From NCBI GenBank assembly GCA_050261115.1, contig JBLNCY010000060.1, forward strand, positions 1 through 12,368: a stretch of 12,368 bases of DNA. The letters are read 5' to 3'. A program made the translations under genes and the position numbers. Positions 9,908 to 12,368 of the stretch are shown piece by piece (positions within the stretch are counted from its first letter, which is position 1; each line of letters starts with the position of its first letter). Source of the stretch: Methanocella sp. (GTDB lineage Archaea > Thermoproteota > Bathyarchaeia > Bathyarchaeales > Bathycorpusculaceae). A model generated the notes under the pieces. It saw only the letters and a list, made by a program, of their open reading frames with translations, did not search any database and was not told the DNA's origin.

Positions 9908-10535
9908 GTGGCTTATAGACATTAAAAGCCCAACTAAAGCCTACGCGTATAGATCAAAAAAATCGGAGTTCTAAAAGGCCTAACCCTCAAAATCCCCAAA
10001 GTCCAATTTGTGGTCCTCTGCGACCCCTCAGGCTCAGGCAAAACTACGCTGCTAAACACATAAGCGGATCGACCGCCCCCCACACACGGCGAAGTCGCGC
10101 GGTTGCCGGAGAAAACTTGACTGGTCAACCGAAAGAGTTCCTCGCTGATTTTCGATGTGTCCACATAGGCCATGTATTCCAAACGTACAATCCGGTTTCA
10201 ACTCACACGGTAGCGGAAAAAGTTGCGTTTCCCCTGGAATGAAAGACCAGAATTCTCGTGTTACCGATTTGGTTGAAATGGTTGGTTGCAGCATTTTAGA
10301 CATTTTCCATCGCTACTATCGGAGGGAGCAACAGCGAGTGGCTTTTGCATGTACCTTGGCAAATGACCCAAGCCAATTTTTCCGATGAACCAAAAGACAG
10401 CCTTGATGCAAAGAACGCAGACAAGAATGTTCAAGTGCTTCAGCCGCTAAAATGCCAGGGAAAGAGCATCATTGTATCCGTAACATCTGTGGCTTAGCTT
10501 ACCAAGTTGTACCTTAAAGGTGACAAACTGGCAAG
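9908..10535 (+). pseudogene. Degraded LolD/MacB-type ABC transporter ATP-binding gene
   Basis: Fragments lie in shifting frames: VLKGLTLKIPK..FVVLCDPSGSGKTTLLN (Walker A, frame stops at 10061-10063), DRPPTHGEV, GHVFQTYN, TVAEKVAFP, EQQRVAFACTLANDP, DEPKDSLDAKN, GKSIIV and LYLKGDKL. Boundaries are approximate. Confidence 0.85.
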
Positions 10536-10536
10536 T

Positions 10537-10861
10537 GCAATCTGCCTTTTCAGCTACATGATGCCGTCAACAAATGAGCAACGTCATGAATTTGCTGCCC
10601 TACGCTCAGTTGGGGCACGCCCTAAGCTGATTATTAGCATTTGTGCTATTGAGAGTTTGCTGGTTTTGCTGTCGAGTTTAGGTATTGGGCTCTCATTTGG
10701 GGTTATAACGACGATACTGATACTGATGGCGGACCTATTTCCTACGTTTCCCTATTGACCATTGTGACTTGTATGGGTGTGGCTGTGGCGTGATGTTTAT
10801 TATAAGCCTCTACCCAGCGATTAAACTCTCCAAAACCAGTATCCTACAGATCAACCGCTAA
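10537..10861 (+). pseudogene. C-terminal fragment of an FtsX/MacB-type ABC permease
   Basis: EQRHEFAALRSVGARPKLI...ESLLVLLSSLGIGLSFG, then after a frame break MFIISLYPAIKLSKTSILQINR* (stop 10859-10861). Confidence 0.8.
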
Positions 10862-11551
10862 AGTCCGGAAGGTTTTAGGGTAGAACTTTACCGCGTCGAT
10901 ATGCAGAGGGAGTTGAGATATGAAGTCTTGCAGTGAGAGCACAGGTACTATGGGGACTTCGTAGTAGAATTTGTAGGCACCCGGCATAAGCGAGAGCACT
11001 GCAGGAACAAATTTGGCTCTCTCCCAAATGGTACAATCCAGGTTTAATTTGGCGTTAGGGAGTGCGTCAGCAAGCGCTGCTGTGCGTTTGGCTTGTTCCT
11101 CAACGATTTTCCGCAGTTCTGATGCGCGAAGCGCGTGCTGCCATCGCTTGCAATCAATGCAAACGACCAGGGGTTTTCTGCAGCCAACCACGTCTATCTC
11201 GTATCTTCGACCGCCGTGTTTGAAGCGGACATTGTTGTAGACTGTGTAGCTGTTGGTTTTTAGGGCTTCAGCGGCGATTGCTTCGAATTCTTGCCAGCAG
11301 AGGTTGTCGGCGATTTTTTGCAAATCTGCGCCTAAAGTGGCTGCCTTGATGGCGATTTTTAGGCGGTCTTCACTATCGACTTGGATAGTGTCTTCTTTGA
11401 GATTAATGAGGTTATCAGATTGCATTTTTTGTAGCAAACTGTTGCAAACACTAGAGGGCAAGTGGGCGTCAATATTAACATCTTTAGTTAAAGCCGCTCC
11501 GTTTTTGGTTAGTTTGAGGACTGAAATTAGCATATTGCCCTCAAAACTCAC
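10844..11551 (-). CDS. PD-(D/E)XK nuclease (Mrr-cat/NERD/YraN-like) with a probable N-terminal winged-helix domain
   Basis: WQEFEAIAAEAL...YEIDVVG...VVCIDCKRW. Preferred start is GTG at 11551 (AGGGGG upstream) rather than TTG at 11569. The winged-helix assignment is inference. Confidence 0.75.
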   Translation of the reverse strand: MSFEGNMLISVLKLTKNGAALTKDVNIDAHLPSSVCNSLLQKMQSDNLINLKEDTIQVDSEDRLKIAIKAATLGADLQKIADNLCWQEFEAIAAEALKTNSYTVYNNVRFKHGGRRYEIDVVGCRKPLVVCIDCKRWQHALRASELRKIVEEQAKRTAALADALPNAKLNLDCTIWERAKFVPAVLSLMPGAYKFYYEVPIVPVLSLQDFISQLPLHIDAVKFYPKTFRTLAVDL

Positions 11552-11634
11552 ACAAATGGCCCCCTGCAAATTGCTGCCGTTGGAGCAAAAAATGGCTTTC
11601 TAGCGCTTAAATTGAGCACATATTGGGGGCTGCC

Positions 11635-11662
11635 GTATACAAAAGCATCACCCAAACACAGT
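11635..11662 (+). repeat. 28-bp dispersed motif, copy R5 (consensus)
   Basis: GTATACAAAAGCATCACCCAAACACAGT. Confidence 0.92.
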
Positions 11663-12284
11663 TCACCAAACCCAAACCGCCAAGACCCAATAACCATGTC
11701 CACGGGGCACCCTACGGCAAATTTACGTGAAGTCGCAAAAATAACCTTTCCTCCGATTTCATGGAAAACTTGCCAAGGATGCGGAAAATCGGAGCATCGC
11801 CGATTGTCTTCGATGCCCGTAATGGCTTACTCTGGCATAAGTCATGGAACATGTTATTAAAGATTGTTTTTTTGATTGTTGCAGTGGCAGCATTTTAACT
11901 GTTTAGTGTAAAAAGCACAAATTCGTTTCTTTTTCGAACAATCTTCGAAGGGCACTGAAGAATCTTTGCCAAAAAAGAGGGTGATCCCGAGATAGCCAAA
12001 GGCAAACCTGCTTGTCTGCGGGACCCTTGAACCTACAGCGAAGCAACAGAACCGCCTATTTGGTGCAAGACGCATTGAATTTTGGTTGATGAGGGATTAA
12101 AATGGGTTTTTGCGGTTGTTTGGTGGTGTTTTTTGGTTCGATTTTTGCATTTTGGAGAACCTAAAAATGTTTTGACATCCGTCATACGGCGCCTGAGGCA
12201 CCCTCGAGTTCACAGCCCAACCGCTAAAGTGCCAAAAAACAAACTGGCCACCAACAACCGCAGCCCTTAAAGCTGGAAAGCTCT

Positions 12285-12339
12285 GAATGATTATATATGC
12301 TTCGAACAATTTCGAACAAATTGGCTGTTTTTGGCAAAG
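12285..12339 (-). repeat. Promoter-like repeat family B, copy B3
   Basis: Reverse complement reads CTTTGCCAAAAACAGCCAATTTGTTCGAAATTGTTCGAAGCATATATAATCATTC. Confidence 0.75.
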
Positions 12340-12368
12340 TTTTCGCTCCACTGAGATACCTGGGAAGG

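Noticed and set aside
4218-11662. 28-bp motif as a CRISPR array
   Set aside because: Copies are 1-2.3 kb apart in mixed orientation, with no regular spacers and no cas genes.
8494-11686. Shared 12-mer AACCGCCAAGAC (8494 and 11675) and similar isolated 11-13-mer matches
   Set aside because: Several matches of this length are expected by chance in 12 kb, and they do not extend.
11612-12351. Short ORFs at the right end, including 11612..11860 with CQGC
   Set aside because: They cross repeats R5 or B3 or lack any motif; a single CxxC is insufficient support.

Overview
Archaeal DNA, probably Bathyarchaeia (inferred from gene content, frequent TTG starts and TATA-type promoters). The left 3.9 kb is a minus-strand methanofuran biosynthesis operon, mfnB-mfnA-mfnD-mfnF, with mfnF running off the left edge. 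The remainder is a gene-poor mosaic. It holds a nicotinamidase with a charged C-terminal tail, a YjbQ protein, a small C2H2 zinc-finger protein, a 399-aa double ferritin-like protein, an Hjc-like resolvase, a decayed ABC ATPase/permease remnant and a PD-(D/E)XK nuclease. The most notable signal is non-coding: a sharply bounded, non-palindromic 28-bp motif (GTATACAAAAGCATCACCCAAACACAGT) occurs five times, always between genes and in both orientations, dividing the window into gene modules. A second, promoter-like motif (TCGAA-N6-CGAAGCWTATATARTCAT) occurs three times with no credible ORF downstream. The function of both motifs cannot be determined from sequence alone.
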